Shown in pieces: positions 18,407-30,629 of a stretch of DNA of 62,460 nt. Origin of the DNA: Salinivirgaceae bacterium (lineage in GTDB: Bacteria > Bacteroidota > Bacteroidia > Bacteroidales > SZUA-534); NCBI GenBank assembly GCA_024405635.1, contig JAKSOL010000016.1, forward strand, positions 1 to 62,460, written 5' to 3'. Positions within the stretch are counted from its first letter, which is position 1; each line of letters begins with the position of its first letter. The position numbers were made by a program, and so were the translations under genes. The notes below the pieces were generated by a model. The model did no database searches. It worked only from the letters and a program-made list of their open reading frames with translations, and was not told where the DNA came from.

Positions 18407-20869
18407 ATGGCAAGTTATCAAACTGGCGAAATAGCCACAATACTAAAAGGCGAACTAACACGCGGCTCGGGCGGAAACGTTTCGCAACTGCTGATAGACA
18501 GCCGCAAAATATTGTTTGCAAGAGAAAGTTTGTTTTTTGCCCTTAAAGGCGAAAACAACGACGGACACAACTTTATAAGCGACCTTTACAACAACGGTGT
18601 ACGCAATTTTGTGGTGAGCCAACTACCAGAAAATTTGGCAAGTTACCCACGCGGCAACTTTATTAAAGTTGACAACACACTTACCGCATTACACACATTA
18701 GTAAGCACACACCGCCATCACTTCAACATTCCAGTTATCGGCATAACAGGTAGCAACGGCAAAACAATTGTCAAAGAATGGGCATTTCAATGTTTATCGC
18801 CCGAGCGACTTACCGTGCGCAATCCTAAAAGTTTTAACAGCCAAATTGGAGTTCCGCTATCGGTGTGGTTAATGCAACAAGAAACCGAATTGGGCATTTT
18901 TGAAGCAGGGATAAGCCAACCTGGCGAAATGCAAACTCTTGAAAAAATCATTCGCCCAACAATTGGCATCTTCACAAACATTGGCGATGCTCATCAAGAA
19001 AACTTTGAAAGCAGAGAACAAAAAATAACCGAAAAACTGAAACTATTCAGTAACTCACAAGTTTTAATTTACAACTCCGACCAACAACAAGTTTCAGAAC
19101 AAATTTCGCGCGAAGTGCCCGCCGAAGTACGCCGCTTTACTTGGGGTAGCAACCCTCAATCGGATTTACAAATTACCAACACCGAATACCACCTCAACTT
19201 TACAATTATACGTGTAAAATATTGTGGTACTGACTATTCAATTCAAATACCATTTATTGACAAAGCATCAATTGAAAATGTGATGCACGTATGGGCACTG
19301 ATGTTAGTATTTGGCTACAAACACGACGACATTGCTCGCCGTTTGTCGCAACTCGAAAAAGTTGCAATGCGACTTGAACTAAAAGACGGATTGAACAACT
19401 GCACCATTATTAACGATAGTTACAACAGCGATTTGGAATCGCTTCGTATAGCACTTGACTATCTTAACGTGCAAAAACAACACTCGCAACACATACTCAT
19501 ATTGAGCGATATTGTGCAAAGTGGCTACACAAAACCCGAGCTTTATCAGCTTGTTGCCAACATGATTCGCGACAAGAAAGTTGACCGACTAATTGGCATT
19601 GGTCCTGACATTCAAAAATTTAGCACACTGTTCGAAGTTCGTAAAGACTTTTATGCAACAACTCACGATTTTCTTTCAAGCTACGACTTCAATAAATTTC
19701 AAAACGCATCAATACTACTAAAAGGTGCGCGTATGTTTGAGTTTGAGCGCATTTCAAACGTTCTGCAAAAACAATCGCACCGCACAGTAATGACCATTGA
19801 CCTTTCGGCAATTGAATACAACATCAACTACTTCCGCAAAATGCTTAAACCCGAAACCGGGTTGGTTACCATGCTTAAAGCTTTTTCATACGGCAGCGGA
19901 ACACACGAAATTGCCAACCTATGCCAATACAAACGCGTGTCGATGCTTGCAGTAGCCTTTGCCGACGAAGGCGTTGAACTGCGCCGCGACAACATACACA
20001 TACCAATTTTGGTTCTCAATCCAGAAAAAGAGAGCTACGAGCAAATGATAGAGTATAACCTTGAACCTGAAGTTTACAACTTTGTTACACTGCGCGACTT
20101 TAATGCAGCAGTTTTGGCAGCAGGTAAGGCATCATACCCAATACACCTAAAACTCGACACCGGCATGCACCGTTCAGGTTTTATGCCCGAAGAAACTCAA
20201 GCAGTTATCAATGCACTTAAAGAGGCTCAAGGCTTACGCGTTAGTACAATTTTCTCGCACCTATCATCGGCCGACGAACCTGCACAAGACGACTACACAC
20301 TTGAACAATTATCGATTTTTGACTCGATGAGCCAAGCCATTAAAGAAGAATTGAAATATCCAATTCGTCGTCATATACTAAACTCAGCAGGCATTGAACG
20401 TTTCAGCGACAAATATCAATTTGATATGGTTCGCTTGGGCATAGGACTATACGGACTTAGCGTAACAGGCGCACAACTTGCAACTGTAGCTACGCTAACC
20501 AGCTCAATTGCACAAATAAAGAAACTTAAAGCCGGGACAACCGTAGGTTACAATCGTCGAGGAAAACTGCTTGTCGATTCAGAAATAGCCACAGTTCCAA
20601 TAGGTTATGCCGACGGCCTACGCCGAAGCCTTGGTAACGGCAACGGCCACATGTGGTTCAAAGGCAAGCTAGTGCCAATTATTGGCAATGTTTGCATGGA
20701 CCTTTGTATGATTGATGTAACTGGACTAGATGCACACGAAGGCGATCCGGTTGAAATATTTGGAAAAAATTTACCTATTACACAAGTGGCCGAATGGATG
20801 GGCACCATTCCTTACGAAGTGCTCACTGGTATTTCGCGCCGCGTTAAACGAACTTATCAATACGACTAA
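18407..20869 (+). CDS. alr: bifunctional MurF-like ligase / alanine racemase
   Basis: N-half ITGSNGKT, SFNSQIGVP, INDSYN; C-half MLKAFSYGSG, HLKLDTGMHR, IGYADG, GNVCMD, TIPYEVL. Confidence 0.95.
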   Translation: MASYQTGEIATILKGELTRGSGGNVSQLLIDSRKILFARESLFFALKGENNDGHNFISDLYNNGVRNFVVSQLPENLASYPRGNFIKVDNTLTALHTLVSTHRHHFNIPVIGITGSNGKTIVKEWAFQCLSPERLTVRNPKSFNSQIGVPLSVWLMQQETELGIFEAGISQPGEMQTLEKIIRPTIGIFTNIGDAHQENFESREQKITEKLKLFSNSQVLIYNSDQQQVSEQISREVPAEVRRFTWGSNPQSDLQITNTEYHLNFTIIRVKYCGTDYSIQIPFIDKASIENVMHVWALMLVFGYKHDDIARRLSQLEKVAMRLELKDGLNNCTIINDSYNSDLESLRIALDYLNVQKQHSQHILILSDIVQSGYTKPELYQLVANMIRDKKVDRLIGIGPDIQKFSTLFEVRKDFYATTHDFLSSYDFNKFQNASILLKGARMFEFERISNVLQKQSHRTVMTIDLSAIEYNINYFRKMLKPETGLVTMLKAFSYGSGTHEIANLCQYKRVSMLAVAFADEGVELRRDNIHIPILVLNPEKESYEQMIEYNLEPEVYNFVTLRDFNAAVLAAGKASYPIHLKLDTGMHRSGFMPEETQAVINALKEAQGLRVSTIFSHLSSADEPAQDDYTLEQLSIFDSMSQAIKEELKYPIRRHILNSAGIERFSDKYQFDMVRLGIGLYGLSVTGAQLATVATLTSSIAQIKKLKAGTTVGYNRRGKLLVDSEIATVPIGYADGLRRSLGNGNGHMWFKGKLVPIIGNVCMDLCMIDVTGLDAHEGDPVEIFGKNLPITQVAEWMGTIPYEVLTGISRRVKRTYQYD

Positions 20870-21588
20870 TGTTAGTAAACCCACAAAAAGACCCTATGGG
20901 GCAGGCCATTAGCGATTATCACAATCACAGGCCGCTAAGCAAACTCATTACCGAGACCAACATGTCGGAACCCGAAGAGTTTCCTATTGCTCATTTGTTC
21001 CGCACATTTGAAAACATGCCAGAACTTGAACAACAAGCCATGCAATTGGCTAAAGGTCGAATTTTGGACGTTGGCGCTGGTGCTGGAGCGCACTCGCTTC
21101 ACCTAAAAAACAAAGGCCTTGATGTAACCGCCATTGACACTTCGGCATTGTCGGTTGAAGTAATGAACCAACGTGGCGTAAATGCCCAACACATTGATTT
21201 TTTTGACCTTAAAGGCGAAAATCAATTTGATACTCTGCTATTTATGATGAATGGCGTAGGACTTTGCGAAACTATTGAAGGTTTGCCTCGTTTCTTTGAA
21301 CAATGCAAAAAACTATTGGCTCCAGGTGGTCAAATTTTGCTCGACTCATCAAACATAATTTACCTTTTTGTTGACGAAGACGGCCGCATTGTACTTGACC
21401 TTAATAGCGACTACTACGGACAACTCACTTACCACACCAGATACGGCAAACTACATGGCGAGCCTTTTAAATGGCTATTCATTGACTTTGATACGCTAGC
21501 CGATGCCGCATTGGACAATGGTTTTTACTGCACAATGGAAAAAGAAGGCGAACACTACGACTATCTTGCCCGATTGATTGCTATGTAA
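20869..21588 (+). CDS. class I SAM-dependent methyltransferase
   Basis: ILDVGAGAG motif I, FDTLLFMMNG. Confidence 0.88.
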   Translation: MLVNPQKDPMGQAISDYHNHRPLSKLITETNMSEPEEFPIAHLFRTFENMPELEQQAMQLAKGRILDVGAGAGAHSLHLKNKGLDVTAIDTSALSVEVMNQRGVNAQHIDFFDLKGENQFDTLLFMMNGVGLCETIEGLPRFFEQCKKLLAPGGQILLDSSNIIYLFVDEDGRIVLDLNSDYYGQLTYHTRYGKLHGEPFKWLFIDFDTLADAALDNGFYCTMEKEGEHYDYLARLIAM

Positions 21589-21655
21589 CAATGCACAACG
21601 TGAGGCTTGTTTTTTAAACAAAACAGCCTCGCGTTTTTTATATTTGCGCCATTAT

Positions 21656-22060
21656 ATGAAACGCACAATTCAACATATTGCTCTTATTATTCTTACAATA
21701 TGCATGTTACCAGCCATTTGCGGGCTATATAGCATCAGGCATTTGAGCAACCACAACCACAATACTAATGGATATGTTGAACTACTTTCGGGCCACGAAG
21801 TTTGCGAGTGCGAGCATTCTGATGTTTTAAACTGCCATAATTTTCACTTTGAAGAAAACTGCTGCAGTACCCAAACCATCGCTGCCAACATTGATAAAAC
21901 ATTACCCATTACAAAACACTTTGAGGTTTATCTTCCTGTCATTCGTTTTAACATTGCTTGTGCAATAACCATAACAACAGACTCCCCAAAGCATCTCATC
22001 GCTAACCCATATAAATTAGATTGTTGCCAACAGCAACAGCTTTGTGTATTCCAAATTTGA
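21656..22060 (+). CDS. small His/Cys-rich exported protein (HYC_CC_PP-like), metal-uptake associated
   Basis: Hydrophobic N-terminus, His-rich, CC pairs, ends LCVFQI; upstream of a TonB receptor; TATATTTG at 21639-21646. Confidence 0.6.
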   Translation: MKRTIQHIALIILTICMLPAICGLYSIRHLSNHNHNTNGYVELLSGHEVCECEHSDVLNCHNFHFEENCCSTQTIAANIDKTLPITKHFEVYLPVIRFNIACAITITTDSPKHLIANPYKLDCCQQQQLCVFQI

Positions 22061-22159
22061 TTAGTAGAAACGCTTTTTTGTTTTTAAGCATACAGTTAAA
22101 ACAAAAAAAACGCATCTCTTAAGTCGATGCTAAAAATCTATTAATCAAACACATGCACA

Positions 22160-24364
22160 ATGAACAGACTAATAATTTCATTTTTAACAACCATACTGCC
22201 CTTTACAATCAGTGCACAAATAACAGGATCAGTTTTTGGCATTGACGAACACGGCGAAGAACCATTAGTTGGCGCATACGTAATTTGGGCAGGCACAAAC
22301 TACGGCACCACAACCGATGTAAATGGCTCTTTTTCAATAACAAGACGAAACGAATGCACAAAGCTTGCAATATCGTTTGTAGGTTACAAAAGCGACACAA
22401 TTGAAGCCACAACACAACCAATGGTTATTAAACTTAAACCAGTTGAACTCGACGAAGTAGATGTTGTTGCTCGCCGTTCAGGCTCGTCACTAAGCCGCAT
22501 TTCGGCCATAACCACAGTAAACCTAACAAGCGACGAACTATGCAAAGCAGCATGCTGCAACCTTGGCGAGAGTTTTGAAACCAATGCTTCGGTTGATGTT
22601 AGCTACGCCGATGCTGCAACAGGTGCGCGCACAATACAACTTTTAGGACTATCGGGCCGATATGTGCAAATGCTAACCGAAAATGTACCAAATATGCGCG
22701 GCATATCGCAGCCATTTGGACTTAGTTATGTACCCGGTTCGTGGATGAATGGCATTCAAATTTCAAAAGGTGTTGGCACCGTAGTTAATGGATACGAAGC
22801 ATTTACTGGACAAATAAACGTTGACTACAAAAAATCGGTAACCAACGAAATTGCAGCTATTAACTTATTTGGTTCATCATCGGGACGAATGGAGGCAAAC
22901 GCCACAACGGCCTTTCACCTTGCCGAAGGTTTAAGCACCGCTTTGCTAATAAGTGCAAGCAAAGACAATATGACAATGGACGAAAACAACGACAATTTTC
23001 GCGACGAACCCGAGGTTAAACAGCTCAATTTTATGAATCGTTGGAACTATCACAAAGGTATTTGGACAAGCCAATTGATTGTAAAAACATTGAACGAGCA
23101 ACGAATGGGCGGACAAACCGACTTTAACCAAAAAACACCAGCCGCCGATAAATACGGAGTGTACATTGGCACTAACCGTGTTGAATCTTGGATAAAAAAC
23201 GGATTTGAAATAGGCGAAGAAAGAAATTTAGGATCGGCTTTTTCTTACATATACCACAATCAAACATCGGTTTATGGACAAAAACAATACGATGCTACTC
23301 AGCATAGTTACTCTGGCAACATTATTTTTCAAAACGAATGGCATCCATACCACACGCTACATGCCGGAATAAGTTCGTATGGCGACTTTGTTAACGAATC
23401 TATTCACTTTGACGACACAACCAGCAACCAATTTAAACTTACCGATTACACAATTGGTGCCTTTGCACAATACACACTCAAAATTGATGAATTGCTTACC
23501 GTAATAGCTGGTATGCGAACCGATTGGAGCAACCTTTACAACATATTTGTAACACCACGTCTGCACATTCGCTACGCACCTTCCGAGCACACAATTATAC
23601 GCGCCGCCATAGGCAAAGGCTACCGCACTGGTATGCTGTTTGCCGAAAACAACTTTATGCTATCGAGTGCCCGAAAATGGGAATATACCGATGTTTATGG
23701 GCAAGAAACAGCTTGGAACATGGGAGCCAACATTACCCAATACATTCATATTTTTGAAAAGGAATTAATGCTTAATGCAGAATTTTATCATACCGAATTT
23801 GGCTCGCAAATGATTACCGACATGGACTATTCGCCTCGTACACTACGAGCAACTTTTAGCCAAGAACGGTCGTTTGCAAACATTTTTCAAATTGAAGGAA
23901 AAATTAGTCCTTTGCGAGGACTTGAGTTAACCGGAGCTTGGCGTTGGAACGATGCACAACAAACCACAGGAGGCAATTTACAGCAACGTCCGTTGGTTAG
24001 CCGCCACAAAGGTTTAATAACCGCATCCTACTCCACTCCTCTTAACAAATGGCAATTTGATGCCAATGTTCAGTTTAACGGAGGCGGCCGAATTCCTACA
24101 ACATTGGGTAACCCTGAAGAGTATCAGCGCAACAATAAATTTGAAGCTTACCAAATGTTTAACGCTCAAATAACTAAATGGTTCCGCACATGGAGCATTT
24201 ATGCAGGTTGCGAAAACATTGGTAATTTCACTCAAAAAAATCCAATTATTGCAGCCAACAATCCTCAAAGCCAATACTTTGACGGCACAATGGTTTGGGG
24301 ACCTTTAATGAGCCGTAAATTTTATGTTGGTTTGCGTTGGAGTATGGAAAAAGATGAAGATTAA
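22160..24364 (+). CDS. TonB-dependent receptor, probably metal uptake
   Basis: Carboxypeptidase-like N-domain (EPLVGA.V...GTTTD.NG.F), plug with KAACCNLGESFETN, barrel ending FYVGLRW. Confidence 0.9.
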   Translation: MNRLIISFLTTILPFTISAQITGSVFGIDEHGEEPLVGAYVIWAGTNYGTTTDVNGSFSITRRNECTKLAISFVGYKSDTIEATTQPMVIKLKPVELDEVDVVARRSGSSLSRISAITTVNLTSDELCKAACCNLGESFETNASVDVSYADAATGARTIQLLGLSGRYVQMLTENVPNMRGISQPFGLSYVPGSWMNGIQISKGVGTVVNGYEAFTGQINVDYKKSVTNEIAAINLFGSSSGRMEANATTAFHLAEGLSTALLISASKDNMTMDENNDNFRDEPEVKQLNFMNRWNYHKGIWTSQLIVKTLNEQRMGGQTDFNQKTPAADKYGVYIGTNRVESWIKNGFEIGEERNLGSAFSYIYHNQTSVYGQKQYDATQHSYSGNIIFQNEWHPYHTLHAGISSYGDFVNESIHFDDTTSNQFKLTDYTIGAFAQYTLKIDELLTVIAGMRTDWSNLYNIFVTPRLHIRYAPSEHTIIRAAIGKGYRTGMLFAENNFMLSSARKWEYTDVYGQETAWNMGANITQYIHIFEKELMLNAEFYHTEFGSQMITDMDYSPRTLRATFSQERSFANIFQIEGKISPLRGLELTGAWRWNDAQQTTGGNLQQRPLVSRHKGLITASYSTPLNKWQFDANVQFNGGGRIPTTLGNPEEYQRNNKFEAYQMFNAQITKWFRTWSIYAGCENIGNFTQKNPIIAANNPQSQYFDGTMVWGPLMSRKFYVGLRWSMEKDED

Positions 24365-24391
24365 TAATTGAACAACAATAATCAATTTAAC

Positions 24392-24703
24392 ATGAACAAA
24401 ATTTTATCCACCTTATTGCTAATAGCAACAATGTTACTAGGCATTTCGCATCGCACACAAGCCAACGAGCCTAAAGAAAAGCAAATCAAAACAGTAGTTC
24501 TTATCTCACAAATCAACTGTCAGAATTGCAAAAACAAAATAATGAAGAACATTCCTTTTGAAAAGGGAGTAAAAGACATTGAGGTTTCGCTTGAAAATAA
24601 AACTGTAACTATAAAGTATCAGGCAAACAAAAACACTGCCGAATCGTTATGCGATGCTGTAACTAAACTTGGTTACAAATCAATAATTAAAGAAGTTAAA
24701 TAG
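24392..24703 (+). CDS. exported heavy-metal-associated (HMA) domain protein
   Basis: Signal peptide, INCQNC CxxC, GVKDIEVSL, KLGY. Confidence 0.88.
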   Translation: MNKILSTLLLIATMLLGISHRTQANEPKEKQIKTVVLISQINCQNCKNKIMKNIPFEKGVKDIEVSLENKTVTIKYQANKNTAESLCDAVTKLGYKSIIKEVK

Positions 24704-24718
24704 ATTAACCTATCAAAT

Positions 24719-24760
24719 AAAAAAAGCCAGCAATCAAGTTTTTAGATTGCTGGCTTTCTT
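24719..24760. terminator. bidirectional intrinsic terminator
   Basis: AAAGCCAGCAATC / GATTGCTGGCTTT between convergent genes. Confidence 0.85.
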
Positions 24761-24776
24761 ATTATCTATCAGTTTG

Positions 24777-25187
24777 TTACTTAACAACCATAACTGAATC
24801 GTATTTAAAATGCAAAACCGAATCTTCAATAACTAAATACTTAAAGTAATGCATTCCTAACGAATCGAGAGAAAAATAAACCTTGCTTCTATAAACCAAC
24901 GATGTTACTGGTTTGCACTCACACTTTTCAACCTCAATAAAAATACTAATTTGAGTGGTATCGCCATTGTCGCTATTAACAACATACGGACCATCAATAG
25001 CAGTCATGCAATCGTATTTAGGCACTTTATAGTCAACTGTAAACTTTTGGCTAGCCTTTACAGTATCAGGGAATTCCACAAACTCAAATTCTGACTGATA
25101 TTGCCACTCGCAAGTTGAATTGTCAAATCCGCAGTTAGCAAATAAAACAATCAAAGATGCAAGCAAGGCAAATGTTAGTTTTTTCAT
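24777..25187 (-). CDS. hypothetical lipoprotein
   Basis: MKK plus hydrophobic stretch and FANC lipobox; beta-rich, paired Cys. Confidence 0.65.
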   Translation of the reverse strand: MKKLTFALLASLIVLFANCGFDNSTCEWQYQSEFEFVEFPDTVKASQKFTVDYKVPKYDCMTAIDGPYVVNSDNGDTTQISIFIEVEKCECKPVTSLVYRSKVYFSLDSLGMHYFKYLVIEDSVLHFKYDSVMVVK

Positions 25188-25205
25188 ATTGTTAATCTTT
25201 CAATT

Positions 25206-25733
25206 TTATAATTTACCATAATGTATTTGCTCAACCTTGAGGTTTGTGTGTGGATGATGGCTCTCGTCTTTATAACCCAATGCCATAACCGACAAAACCT
25301 GATGTTGTGGATTCAAGTTAAGCAATTGGCGTAAGTTATCAGTTGCCGAAACGCCATTATCAGTACCGCGCAAACGCATTTGCACCCAACAGCACCCTAA
25401 CCCTTGGTTTTCGGCCTCAAGCATAATAAACGTTGAAGCAATTGAAGCATCCTCAACCCAAACATCGGTTTTTGAAGTGTCGGCAACTACCACTATAGCG
25501 CAAGTTGCTTTTGATAACAAAGCTGCACCATGTTGTTTTGCCACCGATAGTTGCGCTAACTGACTAGGATCATCTACAATTATAAACTCACAAGGATAAA
25601 CCGACTTGCCCGATGGGGCGCGCAATGCTGCTGCCAATATTGCGTCAACCTTTTCTTTCTCTATAGGTTGACTTGTAAACTTGCGGCAACTGCATCGGTT
25701 AACTATTATTTCAGAAAAATCACTCATTTTCAA
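25206..25733 (-). CDS. nitroreductase family protein
   Basis: RCSCRKF, LRAPS, DASIA, GLGCCWV, LGY. Confidence 0.9.
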   Translation of the reverse strand: MKMSDFSEIIVNRCSCRKFTSQPIEKEKVDAILAAALRAPSGKSVYPCEFIIVDDPSQLAQLSVAKQHGAALLSKATCAIVVVADTSKTDVWVEDASIASTFIMLEAENQGLGCCWVQMRLRGTDNGVSATDNLRQLLNLNPQHQVLSVMALGYKDESHHPHTNLKVEQIHYGKL

Positions 25734-25741
25734 TCTTTTAG

Positions 25742-27379
<1,638 letters not shown>

Positions 27380-27394
27380 TTATATACAAAACAA

Positions 27395-29938
27395 TCACTC
27401 GATTGCTTTGTTAGTTTCTTCCTGAAAAGCTGGCTCAACATTTGTTGGCTGTGATATTATTTCAGGTTCACCAATCGGCTCTTCTTTTAGTTCGCTTTGC
27501 ACTTTGCAAGTTGCACAATATGCCGATTTAACATTCTCATTTTCAAGCACTCGCAGCGAGAAAGAATTTTTACCATCAATCAAATCGTAAAATTTCTTTT
27601 CGTCAAGTTCTTTTATTCGCAACATTGCTGTTGTAAAGGCTTGGGTGTGCATCATATTTTCAAACCTACTACACAACGACACGTATGTGAGTAACATATC
27701 AATGTTGTTTGTTGCATTATTTACCCAAGGCTCAAGGAATTTTATTGCTAACTGATACTCTCCGTTATTTATAAATATCTCGGCAAACTTGATGCAATTA
27801 TCAATTGATTCTGCTTTAGGATTAGCAATCTTTTTGATGCGATCGACGCAATTCTTTTTGCTCGTTTGATTGGCTTTGTTCACCGATGAACTTTTACTTA
27901 CTGGCAACGAGTCGTATGCCGCAATAACAGCCATTTGCAATTTAAGGTTCAAACGGTCAATGGTTTCTTTTTGCAACGATGTGTAGTATAGTCTGTCCAA
28001 TTTTGACTGCAACATTTGAGCTGTTGTAACAAAGCTTTGGGTTGGATGTTCAATATTTAATAGCAAACTATTAAACATTATGTACTCGTTTTCGGGGCAA
28101 AGATCGACTAACGAATCAACTGCATTTTTCAATTGAATATCGTCAATCATTTTGTAATGATGCTTTAGCCAAAGATTGTTCATTGCAATTCCGCAAAACG
28201 AAAAATGATTTGGCACTCGCAACTCGTTTATCACCTCAGGAGAATACTGCTGATGCATTATTCGGCGCATGATGAATTTTTGTATCGACAATGCCAAAAT
28301 ATAGTCTAAACTATCGGCAGCCTTGTTGAATTGCGACACAACAAAAGGTTGTTCGTTTTTGCCTTCAATATCGTAAACTACACGCATATCAATTTGGGCG
28401 TAACGATGATTTTGCAGCATCGACTCAAGTTCGCGCGCTAGAGCTAGTTTTCTAATTGAATCTTGAATACGCTCAACACTCAACGATGCTAAATTTTTGT
28501 ATTTGGTACCTTGTATATCACGTGCAAAATCATCGCGGTTATAGTCGGTAACTATTTCAGATACAATTGAATCGGTTTGTTGAGCTGCAAGAGCATTTAC
28601 AATACTTTGGGCTCGTTGTTGTTGCAAACGTCGGTTTATTTCGTCAGTGCCTTCAACCGACGAGTATGCGGTAATTTTTGTTGTTAAAATGCGAAAAGCA
28701 GGAGCATTCAAAGTATCAAGAAATGGTCGAATGTCGGCCATATTATATGTTGATTTACGGCCCTCGAACGATATACGGAATGTAAATTCGGCAGTGTCGG
28801 GCACCGGACGATACCGGAAGTGTGTGTTTATTGTTACGGTGTCGGCCAACAAACGTGCTCGGTCAACAAAGGTTCCTTTTATTGGCACTACAAAACTCTT
28901 TGGAACACTGGCGCATACAGCTCCGTCTTGAATAATCAAAAGGTTTATTTCAGTGCCCTCTTGTTTTACATTTTCGGGCCAAAAACCCAACGAAGCCTTA
29001 AATGCTTTTGATTTATTGTTTGAAACATACAAATTGCTCTTGCTTAGCTTTTTAGCAGTAATTGGCTTTGTAATAACACCACGATTAAAACGGTTATAGT
29101 CAATAATGTTTGGCTGCCCGCATTTATATTGCTCATCTTGCAGAATATCAACAGCCAAACCATCGGTTTTGTTTCGCAAAACGCGTTGCAAAGTTTTCTC
29201 TTCAGGCAACTGAATAAAAATCTGATTATCTTCAATCACCAAGCCATCGTATAACTCATTTAAGTTGGTTGCACGATTAACTCGGCGACAATCTTCGGCA
29301 TCGTAATCTTCAAGTCCAAAGTTTTTAGTAGAGAATGGTACCGACAATTGGTCACGAATGTATGCCCCCTCGTTAAACGAACGATAGTTTCCAACTACCA
29401 CTGTGACAAAAATTCGTTTTTTGGATTCATCTAATTGGCTCGAAACTCCAATATACTGATAATTAACGCTTTCTAACAAAGCGGCATTCTTACTATTAGT
29501 CATCCAACGGAACACAATTTCGTCGGCTGCCTTAAAATAAGACAACAGTTCTTTCGATTTAACCACATTTATTTTTTGAGTCAACTCTGCAACGCTTTGC
29601 GAACCTCCGTACGATTTCATTCTATCGCCAACCGTTGTTCCAAGTTTTTCGCCGCCACTAGTCAATGCCATGTAAGTTGATTGTTCAGCAGCCACTTGAC
29701 TCAATACTCTACGCATTTCTAATGTTTCACAATCACGTTCAATAAGCAGTTCGTTAAGCCTATCAACAATCAGAGTATCAAGCAATTGAGGCAAAAAGTA
29801 ATTGGTATCGATTTGCATCGAAGCAGGAATTGCCTCGCCTTCAATGGTATATGTCTTGCGCATCAAACTGCTATTTTGGGCATACGAACCCAATGCGGCA
29901 GAAAGCAACAGTGCTATCAACAAGACTCTTTTTACCAT
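27395..29938 (-). CDS. exported multidomain protein: CAP/SCP-like + OmpA-C-like + helical repeats
   Basis: Signal peptide; AAEQSTYMA...DRM...RWMTN...YQYIGV (CAP-like); ITAYSSVEG..EIN..LQQQRAQSIV (OmpA-like); TATTTTTG promoter at 29967-29974. Confidence 0.65.
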   Translation of the reverse strand: MVKRVLLIALLLSAALGSYAQNSSLMRKTYTIEGEAIPASMQIDTNYFLPQLLDTLIVDRLNELLIERDCETLEMRRVLSQVAAEQSTYMALTSGGEKLGTTVGDRMKSYGGSQSVAELTQKINVVKSKELLSYFKAADEIVFRWMTNSKNAALLESVNYQYIGVSSQLDESKKRIFVTVVVGNYRSFNEGAYIRDQLSVPFSTKNFGLEDYDAEDCRRVNRATNLNELYDGLVIEDNQIFIQLPEEKTLQRVLRNKTDGLAVDILQDEQYKCGQPNIIDYNRFNRGVITKPITAKKLSKSNLYVSNNKSKAFKASLGFWPENVKQEGTEINLLIIQDGAVCASVPKSFVVPIKGTFVDRARLLADTVTINTHFRYRPVPDTAEFTFRISFEGRKSTYNMADIRPFLDTLNAPAFRILTTKITAYSSVEGTDEINRRLQQQRAQSIVNALAAQQTDSIVSEIVTDYNRDDFARDIQGTKYKNLASLSVERIQDSIRKLALARELESMLQNHRYAQIDMRVVYDIEGKNEQPFVVSQFNKAADSLDYILALSIQKFIMRRIMHQQYSPEVINELRVPNHFSFCGIAMNNLWLKHHYKMIDDIQLKNAVDSLVDLCPENEYIMFNSLLLNIEHPTQSFVTTAQMLQSKLDRLYYTSLQKETIDRLNLKLQMAVIAAYDSLPVSKSSSVNKANQTSKKNCVDRIKKIANPKAESIDNCIKFAEIFINNGEYQLAIKFLEPWVNNATNNIDMLLTYVSLCSRFENMMHTQAFTTAMLRIKELDEKKFYDLIDGKNSFSLRVLENENVKSAYCATCKVQSELKEEPIGEPEIISQPTNVEPAFQEETNKAIE

Positions 29939-30017
29939 ATATTATTGTGTTTTCTCAAAAAACGAGCAAAAATATACATTTATTATTGTTGGCTGAATTT
30001 TATAGCGGTTTTTCGAC

Positions 30018-30314
30018 TATTGAATTTGACAATCTTAGTTCAGACATATCGAAGTTATAGTGATTTGTTGACTTTCGTGCTAAACTAATTTCCAAAAATT
30101 CAATCTCTTTCTTACTTGCAATCAATTAACTCTCAGCTTAGAAGAAAAATCAATAGCACAAAATTGCTAATTTTGGAGATGCCTCACCATTTTGCTATTT
30201 TTTCTGTAAAGCATAATTATCAATAATTTAGAATGCTATAAACACACAAAGAAAAAAACGAGCCTTCTGCGTTTTCTTATAAAAAGTAACCTTCAAAAAT
30301 TGAGTTTTATTAAA
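30018..30314. repeat. ~295-bp diverged direct repeat, copy 1
   Basis: Colinear with 31053-31343, sharing TATTGAATTTGAC, ATTTGTTGACTTTCGTG, ATTTCCAAAAATTCAATC, CATAATTATCAA, AAAAAACGA and CTGCGTTTTC. Confidence 0.9.
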
Positions 30315-30334
30315 TAACGTTCTTTTTCTTGTTA

Positions 30335-30362
30335 TAGGTATCAAAAACAATACCTAATTTTG
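30335..30362 (+). promoter_or_regulatory. TA promoter (-7 TAATTTTG) with overlapping inverted repeat TAGGTAT-N8-ATACCTA
   Basis: Seen directly; operator role inferred from type II TA autoregulation. Confidence 0.55.
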
Positions 30363-30376
30363 CAAAAAAAACAATT

Positions 30377-30616
30377 ATGCCAGAGATATTTAGATTTTTT
30401 GGATACAGTTTTTTCTTTTATAGCAAGGAACATGAGCCTATACATATACACGTTGAAGGGGCTAGTGGATATGCCGTTTTTGATCATAACGGTGAAAAGT
30501 TTGTACTGCGAGAAAAACATGGAATAAAAGCCAACGACATAAAACGAATAGTTGCTGTTATTGAGGAAAACAAGGATATCATTATAAACCGTTGGGAGTC
30601 ATATTTCTGCAAATAA
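30377..30616 (+). CDS. DUF4160 family protein (putative TA toxin)
   Basis: MP.IFRFFG..FFFYS.EHEPIHIHV signature, 79 aa. Confidence 0.88.
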   Translation: MPEIFRFFGYSFFFYSKEHEPIHIHVEGASGYAVFDHNGEKFVLREKHGIKANDIKRIVAVIEENKDIIINRWESYFCK

Positions 30617-30629
30617 AAAAAAGATATGT

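Noticed and set aside
18407-20869. MurF-Alr fusion as a novelty
   Set aside because: A well-known Bacteroidetes feature.
30018-30140. Protein-coding remnant in the direct repeats
   Set aside because: Minus-strand translations are short, frameshifted between copies and not recognisable.
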